Below, piece after piece: positions 15,001 through 24,431 of a DNA stretch of 38,913 nucleotides. The stretch is taken from the IMG/VR virus record IMGVR_UViG_3300033407_000059, positions 1 through 38,913 of that record; one strand, written 5' to 3'. Source of the stretch: a virus (Duplodnaviria; Caudoviricetes). Below the pieces are notes generated by a model that did not search any database, had not been told where the DNA came from, and saw only the letters and a program-made list of their open reading frames with translations. Both the position numbers and the translations under genes were made by a program. The first letter of the stretch is position 1; each line of letters opens with the position of its first letter.

Positions 15001-18000
15001 TGTTGATCTCGACGATGCGTCGGTACAGCTGGCTGTTGAGCGCTTTGTCCGTCACCTCACCCTGATCATTTTTCAATGACTGGCGCGTTTGCCGAGCCGT
15101 ATCAAGTTCGTTCACAAGGCCGTCAATCTTTTCTTCGTTCTCGACGTTGCTGAACGTACCGCGCATGAAGCCGCGCATCGTGTTTAGGTGGCCGAGCATG
15201 TTGCCGCGCTTCGTGGTTTCATCGGGCAGGAAGTCAACAAGGTGGCCGATCTCGTGCGCCATCGTCTTTGCGAGCTGCTCTTCATTGCCTGTCTCAAACA
15301 GCGAAACATCGAGGGCGATGGCTTTTTTCTTCGGGCTGAAAAACCCATACTTGATCGGCACTTCAACTGCTGTGCCAGCATCAGCGTCAACGACTGTTTG
15401 ACGACGGAACCGGCGCACCCACGCCTCGTTGCCGGACAGCTCACGCGCGAGCGCCACCAGCTCGGGAAACTCGATCGGCCGTACTTGATCAACGCCGCCG
15501 AGCTTCACTTCGTTACCCTCGACAAACAGGTCAACGTCAGCGCCTTTTGCGCCCCGCTTCGGCGCCACGATCGTTTTTTGCTTCGGTGAAAATGGGATTT
15601 CTGTTTCTCCAATGCGGACGGGCATGAGCAAACCAACAACCTTGCCATCACGGCGGAATTGAATGACCTGCTCCGGCCCGGTAATACGAATCTCGGCATC
15701 CGGCAGGGTCTTCACCATGAACGCAAGACGGTCTGCACTCGACGCAACCTGTTGCTTTCCATCCGTGAGCACCGCGTAAATCGTGTTGTTTGAAGAGTAG
15801 TACCCCTGCACCGTGGCAACCGTTCCTTCTTCCTTCGGCATGATAGGTTCGATGTTCGGAAAATCTTTGACGTTCGCCTGCGCGCGCTCAACCATGTTTT
15901 TCTTCGCTTCCGCGAGTGCTTCCTTCGGGTTTGGAGCATTACGGGCGACGCGTTTTGCCTGCCGATCAAAGTACGCGTCAAAGTATTCCCTCGCTATTTT
16001 CGAGTCAATGATGAGCTGGTACGAATCGGTAATCACTCCCGTGTGATACCCCGCATCAAGCTCTGGTTTCATTTCAAAAACGTCTTGGGAAATACCGCTC
16101 TCTGCTCTACCAAACTTCGAGAGCAGTTGACCACCAGTCGGATCGAGCACGAAGCTCTTGCTGGCAATGAGCGCCTTCTTCAAGTCGCCCGCCTTCGCCT
16201 TGTCCAAGCTCGCGGCAAGCGTGTTCTGCTCGATATACGAGACCATCTCGGCCGGGATGATGCCAAGAGACGAAAGTGACTGTTTTTTGGGACGAGTGGC
16301 CTTTGTTTCCTTTGCCGCCTGTTCAATGCGCGGCTTGATAAACTTTTCGATCGCCGCCACGTCCTTCTCGATGACGTAGGTTCGGCGACCGGCCCGCACC
16401 GCCTCTGCACCGGCAACGCCGGTTCCGGCGAACGGATCAAGTACGAAGTCACCCTCGCTCGTTCCTTGCAAGATCAAACTACGCAACAAAGCTGCTGGCT
16501 TCTGTGTCTGTCTGCCCTCTTTTCCGGCCACGGGGGCGCGAATGAGCTTGAAGTCAAGATTGCGCGGCAATTCCTTTTCCGTGAAGTTTCCGCTCTTGGT
16601 GAGCAACAGGATGCCTTCGGGGTGTGCCTTCACCGATCGAACGTTTGTTGCTTCCTCTCCCTGCTTGGTAAGTTTTGTGAAGTCACCGCGAGCCACAACC
16701 TTGAACCCTGCGTCAAACAGTTTTTGGTTGTACCGTTCCATTTCTTGTGCGCCGGACGGTGCTTGCGAGAACATGTAGTACACCGGCGTGTCATCATCTT
16801 TCACGAGCTTTGCAACGGCGTCCATCGCCTCACCGAACTGTGTTGGCGTGATGAGGTCGAACTTGATTGCACGATTGCCGCTACGGATTGCCGTCGTCGT
16901 GTACGGCGGATCGAGGAACACCATGTCGAACTTCACGCCTTCGTCAACGAGACGCGGGAGCGTTTCAAGCGCGTCTGCCGCCTCGACGTAGGCGACGTTC
17001 TGATCTCCGACCTTGAGTGTGTAGACACCTTTTCCGATTCGTTCAAACGTCCCTTCTTTTGCACCGACGCCGAGGATGCGACGAACGTTTGGCTCAAGGA
17101 TGCCAGTTTCTTCGGCGATCTCCTTTGCAGTTTTCTCTTCACCTTCGACTACTTGTTTCACCTTTTCCTTTTGCGTCTTCGGTTCCTTCGCCTCGTCAAT
17201 GGACTCCTTCGGCAACACGAGCACGCCATCACTGCCAAGATCGGCGAGTGCGATACTCCCGACAGGGAAGTTCAGCTCACGGATTTGGTCGCCGAAACGG
17301 CTTGCGTCGTCACGCGTGCGCGTCACCCACATGATCCCTTGTGCGGGAACGTTTGCAAGGTCAACACCGACGGCCCGCGCCGCGGCGAGTGCCTGTTGGC
17401 GCACGTGCTCGTTGCCAAGGTCGTCTGCTTCAAAGTTGATCACGTCGAGGGCCGTACCGCCCGCCTGAAAACCTGTATCGGCCCGGAATGCCCGGCCGCT
17501 GAACTCTTGCGCCGTCTGCACGGTGGCGCGCTGGCGGAACTTCACGACCTCATTCTCAATCGTCCGCAGTTGGTTTTCCGTTTGTGCGGTCGGCGTCACT
17601 GTGGAGCGTTGCTGCTGTACGAAATTGAGCAAGGAGTCAATACCGGCCGTCAGTGCGGCTTCTTGCGTCGGAAACAGGTCGGCAAACGGACGGGTGAAAC
17701 TCGTGGTGTCGGTATCGGCACGGACGGCAACAGAAAACTGGCCATTGTCGAGCTTGACCGTCTGCACCTGCACCTTTTTGTTGTCGCCACCAATCACGCG
17801 CTCGATGATGGTCTGCGCGTTCGATGCCTCGAAATTGTCGAGACGCTCGGCGTCAATCTCTTGCGCCGTGACGGCGATCGAGGGCGACGGCTGTTTCATG
17901 CCCTCCCGAATCTCGGACGGCTTTGGCGTGTTCAGGTTCAGCTCGGTGTCTTCAAACTTGACTGGCGCAATGTTGGGATTGAACGACTCGATGTTCTTGA

Positions 18001-19591
18001 CCTCGAAGCTCGGTTTTCCAGCAACCTTGTGCACAAACGCTTCCACTTCCGGCGTGACGTGCGCGTTGCCGGCCATGATCCGCACGAACATTTCGCCCGG
18101 CTTGTAGAACTTTGCGAAGAACGGCGCCTGCAATTCTTTCGGAACGGTCGCCATGTAGTCAGAATAGAGCTTGTTCATCGCCTTCTCATTCTCGGTGCCG
18201 ACGACGTTGTTTTGGTAGAAACGATGCGCGAGTTCGTGGTTCACGTAATACTCAAGCGACTGCTGCCGAACATCGGGATCGCTCGTCACTTCCGGCGAGA
18301 GGTAGATAGTGTTGCCGTCGAGTTTTGCCAGTGCGTCAAGGCCGGTGCCGTTGATATTTTTCAGCGTACCGCGCGTGTCCTCGACGATCGAAATGCCCGC
18401 AGTGGACGACTGCAACGCCGGCTGGATGCGGATGGTGTCGTTCTGAAACTTCATCGTCGGCGTTTTTTGCTTCGTGTCAACGTCTTGCCCGCGAATATCC
18501 CATGCGGCAGTCGAGCCACCAATAAACAGGCCGCTCAATGCGCCACCAAGCGTTGCCATTGCGTCTCGCGTCACGCGCTCATCGGCTCCCACTTCTCGAA
18601 ATGACGACTCCGCAGCAATCTGAATCTCCTCTTGAGAAAGCTCGGTCAGTGTTTCCACCGCACCGGACGTAACGACACGCGATGCAACGCCTCCCAGTTT
18701 TTGACCAATCACTTTATTGAAAAACGTCAGTCCCCAGTTTTTGATGATACCCTTCCCAAGCAGTTGTTCGTACCCGAACTTTTCTAAAATCGTCACCGGG
18801 ACAGCGACGGCCATACCGAGGTAGTCGGACGTTTGTTGATCAACGCCGTTCTCTCGCGCACCGATTGACACGTCACGGGCCGTGGAAAGGCCGAGCGTTG
18901 AAGTTCCTGCCAACATGCTCCCGGTGACTTTTTTTGTCGCAAGAACCGACAACAATGAGCTGACGACGCCGCTACCAACAATCTCGGCTGTTTGAAAAAA
19001 TCGGCTCGTCATCTTTTCACGAAGAGGTGCTGATGCCCATTCTCCCTTCCACTTCGGTTGCAATGCCTCCGTTGCCCGCTCCAATGCCAGCGTTCCTTTC
19101 GGCAGGATGTTCGGCAGGAACGGAACCCGGATGTTGTCGGCAATCTCAATACTGGTCGTTCCGCTTTCCTTCAAGCGATCGAATGTTTTTTGATAATCGT
19201 TGACGAGGTTGTTTTCCCAAGCGATCTGTTCTTTGGTCTTGAGCGGTCGGAAAAGATACTGCGATGCTTTCGTAGCGATCTCCGGCACATTGCGAGCGGC
19301 AAAGTTGAATGCCTCTTCAAAGGCAGCACTGGCGTACCCGACCGCTTGGGTTGCGACTTTTGCAATCGCCTTGCCGAATCGTTGGAATCCACCCTCTTTT
19401 TTTTGCTCTTCCGGTTGTGGCGCCTGCGGCTCCTCCTTCTTCGGCCGCTCCTCCCGGTATACCTTGATGCGCGAAAGCGGGTCGGGGCTAACGACCGTTT
19501 TCAAACCGGGAGCACGGACGCGCGACTCTTCCTCGCGCGTCGTTGGTGTACCTGACCGGAAGCGTTTGATGCGATCGTCGGCGGTTGCCAT
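12038..19591 (-). CDS. Large polyvalent internal virion/ejection protein (DarB-like) with DNA methyltransferase, 2517 aa
   Basis: Last large gene of the podovirus structural module. G/A-rich hydrophobic N-region; HELAH (18224-18238); ART-like ~17210-17510; wHTH ~17010-17170; DPPY...TQKP...LDPFAGTG MTase ~16320-17000; clamp-like ~15600-16060; HEIGH..ELYAD (15256-14851); LPD38-like C-terminus. Confidence 0.85.
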   Translation of the reverse strand: MATADDRIKRFRSGTPTTREEESRVRAPGLKTVVSPDPLSRIKVYREERPKKEEPQAPQPEEQKKEGGFQRFGKAIAKVATQAVGYASAAFEEAFNFAARNVPEIATKASQYLFRPLKTKEQIAWENNLVNDYQKTFDRLKESGTTSIEIADNIRVPFLPNILPKGTLALERATEALQPKWKGEWASAPLREKMTSRFFQTAEIVGSGVVSSLLSVLATKKVTGSMLAGTSTLGLSTARDVSIGARENGVDQQTSDYLGMAVAVPVTILEKFGYEQLLGKGIIKNWGLTFFNKVIGQKLGGVASRVVTSGAVETLTELSQEEIQIAAESSFREVGADERVTRDAMATLGGALSGLFIGGSTAAWDIRGQDVDTKQKTPTMKFQNDTIRIQPALQSSTAGISIVEDTRGTLKNINGTGLDALAKLDGNTIYLSPEVTSDPDVRQQSLEYYVNHELAHRFYQNNVVGTENEKAMNKLYSDYMATVPKELQAPFFAKFYKPGEMFVRIMAGNAHVTPEVEAFVHKVAGKPSFEVKNIESFNPNIAPVKFEDTELNLNTPKPSEIREGMKQPSPSIAVTAQEIDAERLDNFEASNAQTIIERVIGGDNKKVQVQTVKLDNGQFSVAVRADTDTTSFTRPFADLFPTQEAALTAGIDSLLNFVQQQRSTVTPTAQTENQLRTIENEVVKFRQRATVQTAQEFSGRAFRADTGFQAGGTALDVINFEADDLGNEHVRQQALAAARAVGVDLANVPAQGIMWVTRTRDDASRFGDQIRELNFPVGSIALADLGSDGVLVLPKESIDEAKEPKTQKEKVKQVVEGEEKTAKEIAEETGILEPNVRRILGVGAKEGTFERIGKGVYTLKVGDQNVAYVEAADALETLPRLVDEGVKFDMVFLDPPYTTTAIRSGNRAIKFDLITPTQFGEAMDAVAKLVKDDDTPVYYMFSQAPSGAQEMERYNQKLFDAGFKVVARGDFTKLTKQGEEATNVRSVKAHPEGILLLTKSGNFTEKELPRNLDFKLIRAPVAGKEGRQTQKPAALLRSLILQGTSEGDFVLDPFAGTGVAGAEAVRAGRRTYVIEKDVAAIEKFIKPRIEQAAKETKATRPKKQSLSSLGIIPAEMVSYIEQNTLAASLDKAKAGDLKKALIASKSFVLDPTGGQLLSKFGRAESGISQDVFEMKPELDAGYHTGVITDSYQLIIDSKIAREYFDAYFDRQAKRVARNAPNPKEALAEAKKNMVERAQANVKDFPNIEPIMPKEEGTVATVQGYYSSNNTIYAVLTDGKQQVASSADRLAFMVKTLPDAEIRITGPEQVIQFRRDGKVVGLLMPVRIGETEIPFSPKQKTIVAPKRGAKGADVDLFVEGNEVKLGGVDQVRPIEFPELVALARELSGNEAWVRRFRRQTVVDADAGTAVEVPIKYGFFSPKKKAIALDVSLFETGNEEQLAKTMAHEIGHLVDFLPDETTKRGNMLGHLNTMRGFMRGTFSNVENEEKIDGLVNELDTARQTRQSLKNDQGEVTDKALNSQLYRRIVEINKEVAKLQENSIKDSDIRTELWNLSTYWRPLSDQASETYLQYRKGADELYADAVSVLFNSPGTLQRMAPKFYEAFFQSLDRKPDVKTAYFDLQSFLTGDREAIVARRREGLQQMFREGDMAARDVQEKRMREKEDRNRNIFSRFKHEVVSLNYTMIERVNKLKKAGTFINPDDNPVFALEERNYLGGKIKSTFEQHFQPVYKTLTENSIDWHQFGEYMFTKRIVDGDRSDLANPRGISPKDAAEILESIKAEQGPGRYALMDRQAQAFRTGMKQIAEDAFKEGLYSAELYAQMQTNPSYVTFQVIEHIEEGVTAKVHRQVGTLKDITNPANASLLKMIETIKAIERNRVTKGVVAFLAKHYPGDIKKAKTRFTGKAVVPVESRLPNEELIMFRENGKLVGFYVDPYIKQTVDRNTVGQNNVFIGSIRFLNGRLFRPLFITFNLGFQSFNLVRDFTRFWKNVPNMSLFRAAKQYARAMPAAKARGFGGTGEGLELIKRMEREQVLSFTFNDMILGRSIEDEQIDAIMQRVGVSEGTEVPRPKVVRPLFSVLEFIKKLGDTIESISKVAGFYELVVDAEEAGRKTPFTPKEARSFIRRKVGSPDFLDKGHITPATNELFLFSNAIIQGIRADIEVATDPRTRSGFWWKTAMRSVAPKMLMFAALYGLFGDRARELMQQATEYDKTNYSIVPLGKDPESGKTVYLRIPEDETGRLIGGLVWKAMTMFQNKQSLGKDLTDIASYTGGQIPSISPAIESVINAAQFLAGQNPYDFFRGRNILTDDQHQAGGWDAAKPFLLWQFNQFGGSVFMRFYTGETAPRESSGLERFLQTPMLSNVIGRFIRVTDYGELEQYRQIIGEQDSADARRRISENRIVNDYIGKWQESDQTDERRDQYVKDIQRDILGTAERGSMDESQKSRATNLERKFRLGIARGMNDPKISALIDAGTNDLKVKILTGLRGVMDEADFEKLLADAKEYKVISDEVIKKVKE

Positions 19592-19593
19592 TG

Positions 19594-20898
19594 CTAGCGT
19601 CGTTTATCGAAGTCGTCGGGGAAGGAGGAATATACGTCGTTCTTGATCTCGCCACGCGAGCGCCACGGGTAGTCCTGCACGAGAATGTCAACCAGCTCTT
19701 CGCGGGTGATCTCGTCGTCGTTCGCCGGATTGCGGGACGTGACGACGTAGTTGCCGTAGCTGTTCAGAGAATAGTTGTACCCCTGCAACAGCTCGGTCTG
19801 CGTCGGCTCATCACTGCCGCCACCGCTCGACGGAATGCGCGATTTTCCGAGGTACACTTTCTCGACGAAGACACTGCCGTCCGGCCTCTGCATGATGATG
19901 TCGGCGTACTCATCGCCGTTCGACTCCTGCCGCGTGTTGGACGAGATAATCTTCGCGTCCGGCTGGCTGCTCTTGAGCTTCTTCGTGATGCCGACAGGAA
20001 GACCGGCCTGCACTTCGAGCTTGCCGATCAGGGTGCGCGACTCTTTCGGCAGGTCGCTCCACTTGAGTGTACCGCCCTCGATGCCGTTGAACACGATTTG
20101 CAGGTTCGCGCGGGCCGAGTCCTCGATCGCCTGCCGCTCATCGAGCACGTCCTTGCGAACGTCGCGCATGAGGTTGATCGTTTGAATGGCCCGGTTGAAT
20201 TGTTTGTCGTACGCGTCCGAGGCGTTCTGGTAATCGGTCTGCGTCAGATTGACCAGAGTGTTGATCATCGTGTACTTCGTGTTCAGCTGGTCGGTGACGA
20301 GGCGCTGCGCGTCAATGTTGATTTGCAGTTCCTCATTGGCCTGTTTCTGAATCTCGGTCTGTTTGCCGGAAATAACGCCAAGAGGTACTGGCCTTCCCTC
20401 TTCATACCCTGCACGTTCACGAGCACGCTGACGAATCGCCTTCTCTTCGCCTTTCAGCGTCGAGAGGTCTGTTTCAAGTTGGGTGACACCGTTCTCTTCA
20501 CGGAATTGCAAATACTTCTCTGCAAGAGAGGGCAGTGATGGTGGTGGAGCGAATGGCTTACTTGGATCGAGGCCGATGGAACTAAAAAGGTCGCTGAACC
20601 GATCACGAATAGCAACGTCGGTTTCTGCTGACCTGTCAGCGAAGTCCGACTGCTGGTTCTGGTTGATGATTTGGTTCGGCCCACCGCCTGCCGGGCCTCC
20701 GGGTGCGGTGTAGAACGGGCTGGCACTCGCGCCGAGCACGATGTTCGCAACGTCCTTGACCTTGTATCCGGCAAAGCGTTGCAGTTCAGCGGTGGTCGCT
20801 CCACGACCCTGCGCCTCACGGTACAAAGCGTTTATGAACGCCTCGTTTGCAACAACGTTCGGGTTCGCCGTTGCGATATTAGGATTGTTCAGTGCCAT
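19594..20898 (-). CDS. Putative internal virion/ejection protein, 434 aa
   Basis: Q/E-rich coiled-coil core; located between the tail genes and the giant ejection protein. Confidence 0.6.
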   Translation of the reverse strand: MALNNPNIATANPNVVANEAFINALYREAQGRGATTAELQRFAGYKVKDVANIVLGASASPFYTAPGGPAGGGPNQIINQNQQSDFADRSAETDVAIRDRFSDLFSSIGLDPSKPFAPPPSLPSLAEKYLQFREENGVTQLETDLSTLKGEEKAIRQRARERAGYEEGRPVPLGVISGKQTEIQKQANEELQINIDAQRLVTDQLNTKYTMINTLVNLTQTDYQNASDAYDKQFNRAIQTINLMRDVRKDVLDERQAIEDSARANLQIVFNGIEGGTLKWSDLPKESRTLIGKLEVQAGLPVGITKKLKSSQPDAKIISSNTRQESNGDEYADIIMQRPDGSVFVEKVYLGKSRIPSSGGGSDEPTQTELLQGYNYSLNSYGNYVVTSRNPANDDEITREELVDILVQDYPWRSRGEIKNDVYSSFPDDFDKRR

Positions 20899-20909
20899 TG
20901 TGTCGCCTT

Positions 20910-21194
20910 TTATGGTTCAGGCGACGATTTTTTTTCGTGGGTTTCCTCTGATCGTGGTTGCTCTTCTTGTCGTGGTTTCACTTTGAGCTGGCCTGTTCTA
21001 ATCGCCTTGACCATCTCTTCCAAAATACCTATAAACTCGATGTTGCTGGCAACCTCGGCATTCTCAAGGGCGATGTCAATGCCGTCGGTTTTGATGACGA
21101 TGTAGCGCCACGGGATGCCGTTTTTTGAAACGTCCTCTGGTACGGGCTTGCCCTCTTCTTTTCCGTCTTCCCGTTTGTTCATCATTGCCTGCAT
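20910..21194 (-). CDS. Hypothetical protein
   Basis: ORF in the structural operon; the true start may be ATG 21185. Confidence 0.65.
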   Translation of the reverse strand: MQAMMNKREDGKEEGKPVPEDVSKNGIPWRYIVIKTDGIDIALENAEVASNIEFIGILEEMVKAIRTGQLKVKPRQEEQPRSEETHEKKSSPEP

Positions 21195-21204
21195 CCTATC
21201 ACGT

Positions 21205-22341
21205 TTAGGCCCACGTCGAAATAGCGCCGGTGCTCAAGTTGATCGTGGCGGTCTGCCCGTTGTCCCGTTTGAACTTGAGGTTATCGCCGCCATCGGTGTA
21301 CATACGGATGCGGTCGGTCGAGGGTGTCGAGGGGTTTGCCGACTGATTGCGGAACTGGTAGTAGCCACCACCACCCGAACCCTCACTATTGACATACGAA
21401 CCAACCGTGAGCGACTGGCTGATTTGCACTCCACTACTGGCCTGTATGTCAACAAGACCACTACCGGCAAGAATCGTCAATCCGCCACCCGTGCTGATTG
21501 TCGGGCCAATGCCAGTGAGGTAGCTGTACATGGCGAGCCATTCTGGCCCGCCAGAACCAAGCTCAAGCGAGCCGCCGTACACACCGCCGGAGAGTGTTGC
21601 GGTCACTGTCGTCCCGTTTCGCGCCTGCAAAACACTCGCAGTGATGTTGATGTTCTGACCGCTCGTTCCCGTTTGCAGGGTCGAGCCGGTTATCGTGACA
21701 CCAGAAATACTACCCCCACTGATTGAAGGTGATGTGATGACCGAAGCAGCGACCGTACCGCTAAAATACGCGTCACCTGCATTGCTGATGTAAAACGTCG
21801 TGACGCTCGCTTTTCGGCCGTAGATGCCGTTCACGTCAATGCGGATGCCGTTTGCTGGCAACGACACCGAACTCAACTGACTTTCGACGAAGCCCTTGAT
21901 GATCGAGTAATTAGTGTTGAGACCGTTGTAGCCACGATTTCCTCCAGTCACTTCGTTGTACGTCGCTTTCGCAAACGTCGCTCCATTGTCAATGTTGTCG
22001 AGCGTCCCGATCGTTTCGGAGAGGATGATGTGACCCGCGGAAATGTCCGTGCGGAGCACGCGCGCGTAGCTCACGCCGTCAACAATGTCGTCGAGGGTGT
22101 CGGTGATGAACGAGAAAACGCCGGCGATGGTTGCATTGCCCTCAATATCCACGTAGAACGAAGCGCCAGCCGGCGTACGTGATCCAATCCACAATCCTCG
22201 TTCGTCGGCATACACGGCCCTTGTTCCTGCCCCGACGCTCAATGCGCTCAAAACTTCCGAACGAAACTCGTCCGTCTGCGGAACGTCTTGCGGCGGACTG
22301 ACGTTGGTGAACGGCTGGATAACCTGTGCTTCGACGGCCAT
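21205..22341 (-). CDS. Putative tail fibre/needle protein
   Basis: G/S/T-rich beta-repeat composition (ISGGSISGVTITGSTLQTG); TLDDI/TLDNI repeats; follows the nozzle-like gene. Confidence 0.65.
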   Translation of the reverse strand: MAVEAQVIQPFTNVSPPQDVPQTDEFRSEVLSALSVGAGTRAVYADERGLWIGSRTPAGASFYVDIEGNATIAGVFSFITDTLDDIVDGVSYARVLRTDISAGHIILSETIGTLDNIDNGATFAKATYNEVTGGNRGYNGLNTNYSIIKGFVESQLSSVSLPANGIRIDVNGIYGRKASVTTFYISNAGDAYFSGTVAASVITSPSISGGSISGVTITGSTLQTGTSGQNINITASVLQARNGTTVTATLSGGVYGGSLELGSGGPEWLAMYSYLTGIGPTISTGGGLTILAGSGLVDIQASSGVQISQSLTVGSYVNSEGSGGGGYYQFRNQSANPSTPSTDRIRMYTDGGDNLKFKRDNGQTATINLSTGAISTWA

Positions 22342-22342
22342 G

Positions 22343-23743
22343 TTAGGAGTCCGGCAAAATAATCTCGACGCGTTCGATCTCCGGCGCGGTGTTTCCGTTC
22401 ACGGTCGGCTCGATGCGAACCTGAAAGACGTTTGCGTCGTCAAGGCCGATCGTCGTACGAATGAGTTTTTGGTCAGTGTCGGTGGTCGTCGTAATCGCAT
22501 CGCCGAATCCAGCGTGGTTGATGTTGATCTTGATGTTGACGCCGGTGCCGGACGGCAAGCTCTTGTACGCGACAATCACTTCGGCAACCCGGATGCGCTC
22601 GGTTCGATCCACCATGACGGCGCGCGTGTCGAGGTACGCCGATGCGTACTTTGCCGATGCGTCGAGTTTGTCCACGCCGAACGTCCCGGCGTTCTGCCAC
22701 GCGACCAAGAGCGTTTCACCGGCCATGACAATCGCCGTAATCTCGGTACTGGAGGAACCGCATGACGCAATGTACTCAAGGTTCAAAATGCTCGGATAGT
22801 TCGGGCCGTACGAGCCGACGCTGTACACGCCTTGCAGGGCAGGGTTTCCCGACACGTTCGAGAGTCCGAAGAGCGGGATGCCGAGCCGGTTAGCAACGGC
22901 GTAGAAGTGCACCACAGCTTCATTGCTGCCATCCCAATCGCCGGGAATCCGCATGAGCCGTTCCAGCCGGTCGTTCGAGTACGAGTAGAGGTTCCCTTTC
23001 GTTCCGGCCTGCACGAGCACGAAGTTGTCCGTCGGCACGATGGCATTGACTCCTTCTTCCGGTACTTCGTCGTCCGATGAAAAGCTCTCGCTCCACGTGT
23101 TCCATCGGTACATGTGGTTCTGCCACACGTCAGCCGCGATGTACGTTCCGATCACCAGTTCCGAGACGATGCGTCCCAACGCGCGGATACGCGTGCCTGC
23201 TTTGAGGTCGAGGGCATTGCCGGTGAACACGTCGTCTTCGATCTGTGCGACGAACTTTGCGTCGCCAATGTACACGATGAGGTTTTGTTCAACGGCAGGG
23301 TGGAACGACGCTTCACCGGCCGAGAAGGTTGCCCAACTATCATTACGCGTGCTCCACGCCGTCCCGACAGCCCACCGGCCGACCCGCAACTCCATGAAGT
23401 AGTAAATCTTCCCCTGATCCTCGTACGCGCCGGTGATGTTCGCACTCCCTGCGGCCGGCGCTGCTGTCGCTTCGAGTGAGTACGTCCCGCCAGACGTGCG
23501 TTTGTAAATCTTGCCGGAGTTTCCGAACAGGTATGTACTGCCGTCAGAGCACTGCACCATGCAGTTGATCCGAACGTCCACGGTCGAACCGCTCTCTTTC
23601 GTCAGCTTTTGGTTGACGCGAATGAGGCCCGGCTTGCCGTGCAAGTCGAGACCAACGGCCGCAGCGACCGAGTTGGCTTGGCCGAGGTAGATGCTGTCAG
23701 CGATACCGCCGAGGTTCGGATTTTCAATGACAATCTTTGCCAT
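22343..23743 (-). CDS. Putative tail nozzle/stabilisation protein (P22 gp10 / T7 gp12-like)
   Basis: 466 aa, beta-propeller-like repeats plus a C-terminal beta-sandwich (FQVRIE..APEIE); synteny. Confidence 0.65.
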   Translation of the reverse strand: MAKIVIENPNLGGIADSIYLGQANSVAAAVGLDLHGKPGLIRVNQKLTKESGSTVDVRINCMVQCSDGSTYLFGNSGKIYKRTSGGTYSLEATAAPAAGSANITGAYEDQGKIYYFMELRVGRWAVGTAWSTRNDSWATFSAGEASFHPAVEQNLIVYIGDAKFVAQIEDDVFTGNALDLKAGTRIRALGRIVSELVIGTYIAADVWQNHMYRWNTWSESFSSDDEVPEEGVNAIVPTDNFVLVQAGTKGNLYSYSNDRLERLMRIPGDWDGSNEAVVHFYAVANRLGIPLFGLSNVSGNPALQGVYSVGSYGPNYPSILNLEYIASCGSSSTEITAIVMAGETLLVAWQNAGTFGVDKLDASAKYASAYLDTRAVMVDRTERIRVAEVIVAYKSLPSGTGVNIKININHAGFGDAITTTTDTDQKLIRTTIGLDDANVFQVRIEPTVNGNTAPEIERVEIILPDS

Positions 23744-23744
23744 G

Positions 23745-24215
23745 TTATTGTCGTTCGGAAACGGTAAAATCTTCCGTAAAGGAGCGAACGTACCGGGTTT
23801 TTTTGAAGTAGAACCAACGCACCGTCACCACGGCCTCACTTTCAAAGTGATAAACCGAGGGCGGAAAGTTCGGGGGAATGTCAAGGATGGCCCGTTCAAC
23901 GGTGTGGCATCCCTTCCTCACCTCTACCACATTTCTATCAGACAATTCGTATACCAGTGTGTCGGCAATGCGCCGCAAAACCGTTATCCGATAATCATTG
24001 AGTGCGCAACGCGAAACAGTGAATCGCAACACGTCGCCGGGATAGAAAACCTTGTCCTTGTTGATGATCGGAAAGGGCAGGTTGGTGTACGTGATCGGCT
24101 TCTCTTCGTGGAATCGGTAAAAGTAAATCGCAAGAGACGTATGCGCTACAACAAGGAAGACAAAAACAAAAATGATTCGCAACGTCCAACGATAGTTTTT
24201 TCGGTTGACTTCCAT
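23745..24215 (-). CDS. Membrane-anchored beta-rich protein in the lysis module
   Basis: Basic N-terminus, a TM helix and a two-Cys beta domain; directly after the endolysin and holin-like genes. Confidence 0.65.
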   Translation of the reverse strand: MEVNRKNYRWTLRIIFVFVFLVVAHTSLAIYFYRFHEEKPITYTNLPFPIINKDKVFYPGDVLRFTVSRCALNDYRITVLRRIADTLVYELSDRNVVEVRKGCHTVERAILDIPPNFPPSVYHFESEAVVTVRWFYFKKTRYVRSFTEDFTVSERQ

Positions 24216-24219
24216 GCGA

Positions 24220-24426
24220 TTATTTCAGAACATTGTTGATGACCGCCGTGAGAAAACCGACGAGGATGATGCCGAACATGGCCATGACGAGGTTTTCCGT
24301 TCGCTTGCTCGCAAAACGATTTTCCATTTCACTGATGCTTTTGAGTGCTTGGAAAATGAGTAGCTGGCGCTGTTCTTCGGACAAGCCGCGCCACTCGTCA
24401 ATCGAATAGAATCCCTCATTTGGCAT
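24220..24426 (-). CDS. Small holin/XhlA-like membrane protein
   Basis: Short helical N-terminus plus C-terminal TM (LVMAMFGIILVGFLTAVI); adjacent to the endolysin. Confidence 0.6.
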   Translation of the reverse strand: MPNEGFYSIDEWRGLSEEQRQLLIFQALKSISEMENRFASKRTENLVMAMFGIILVGFLTAVINNVLK

Positions 24427-24431
24427 TTCGG

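Noticed and set aside
12977-18604. Long + strand ORFs (700 aa at 12977-15079, 712 aa at 16466-18604) and other + strand ORFs
   Set aside because: Antisense shadows of real genes caused by codon bias; no motifs, atypical composition.
12038-19591. N4-like virion RNA polymerase (suggested by the N4-gp56-type capsid)
   Set aside because: No T7-type or DxDGD polymerase motifs seen; recognisable domains point to a polyvalent protein.
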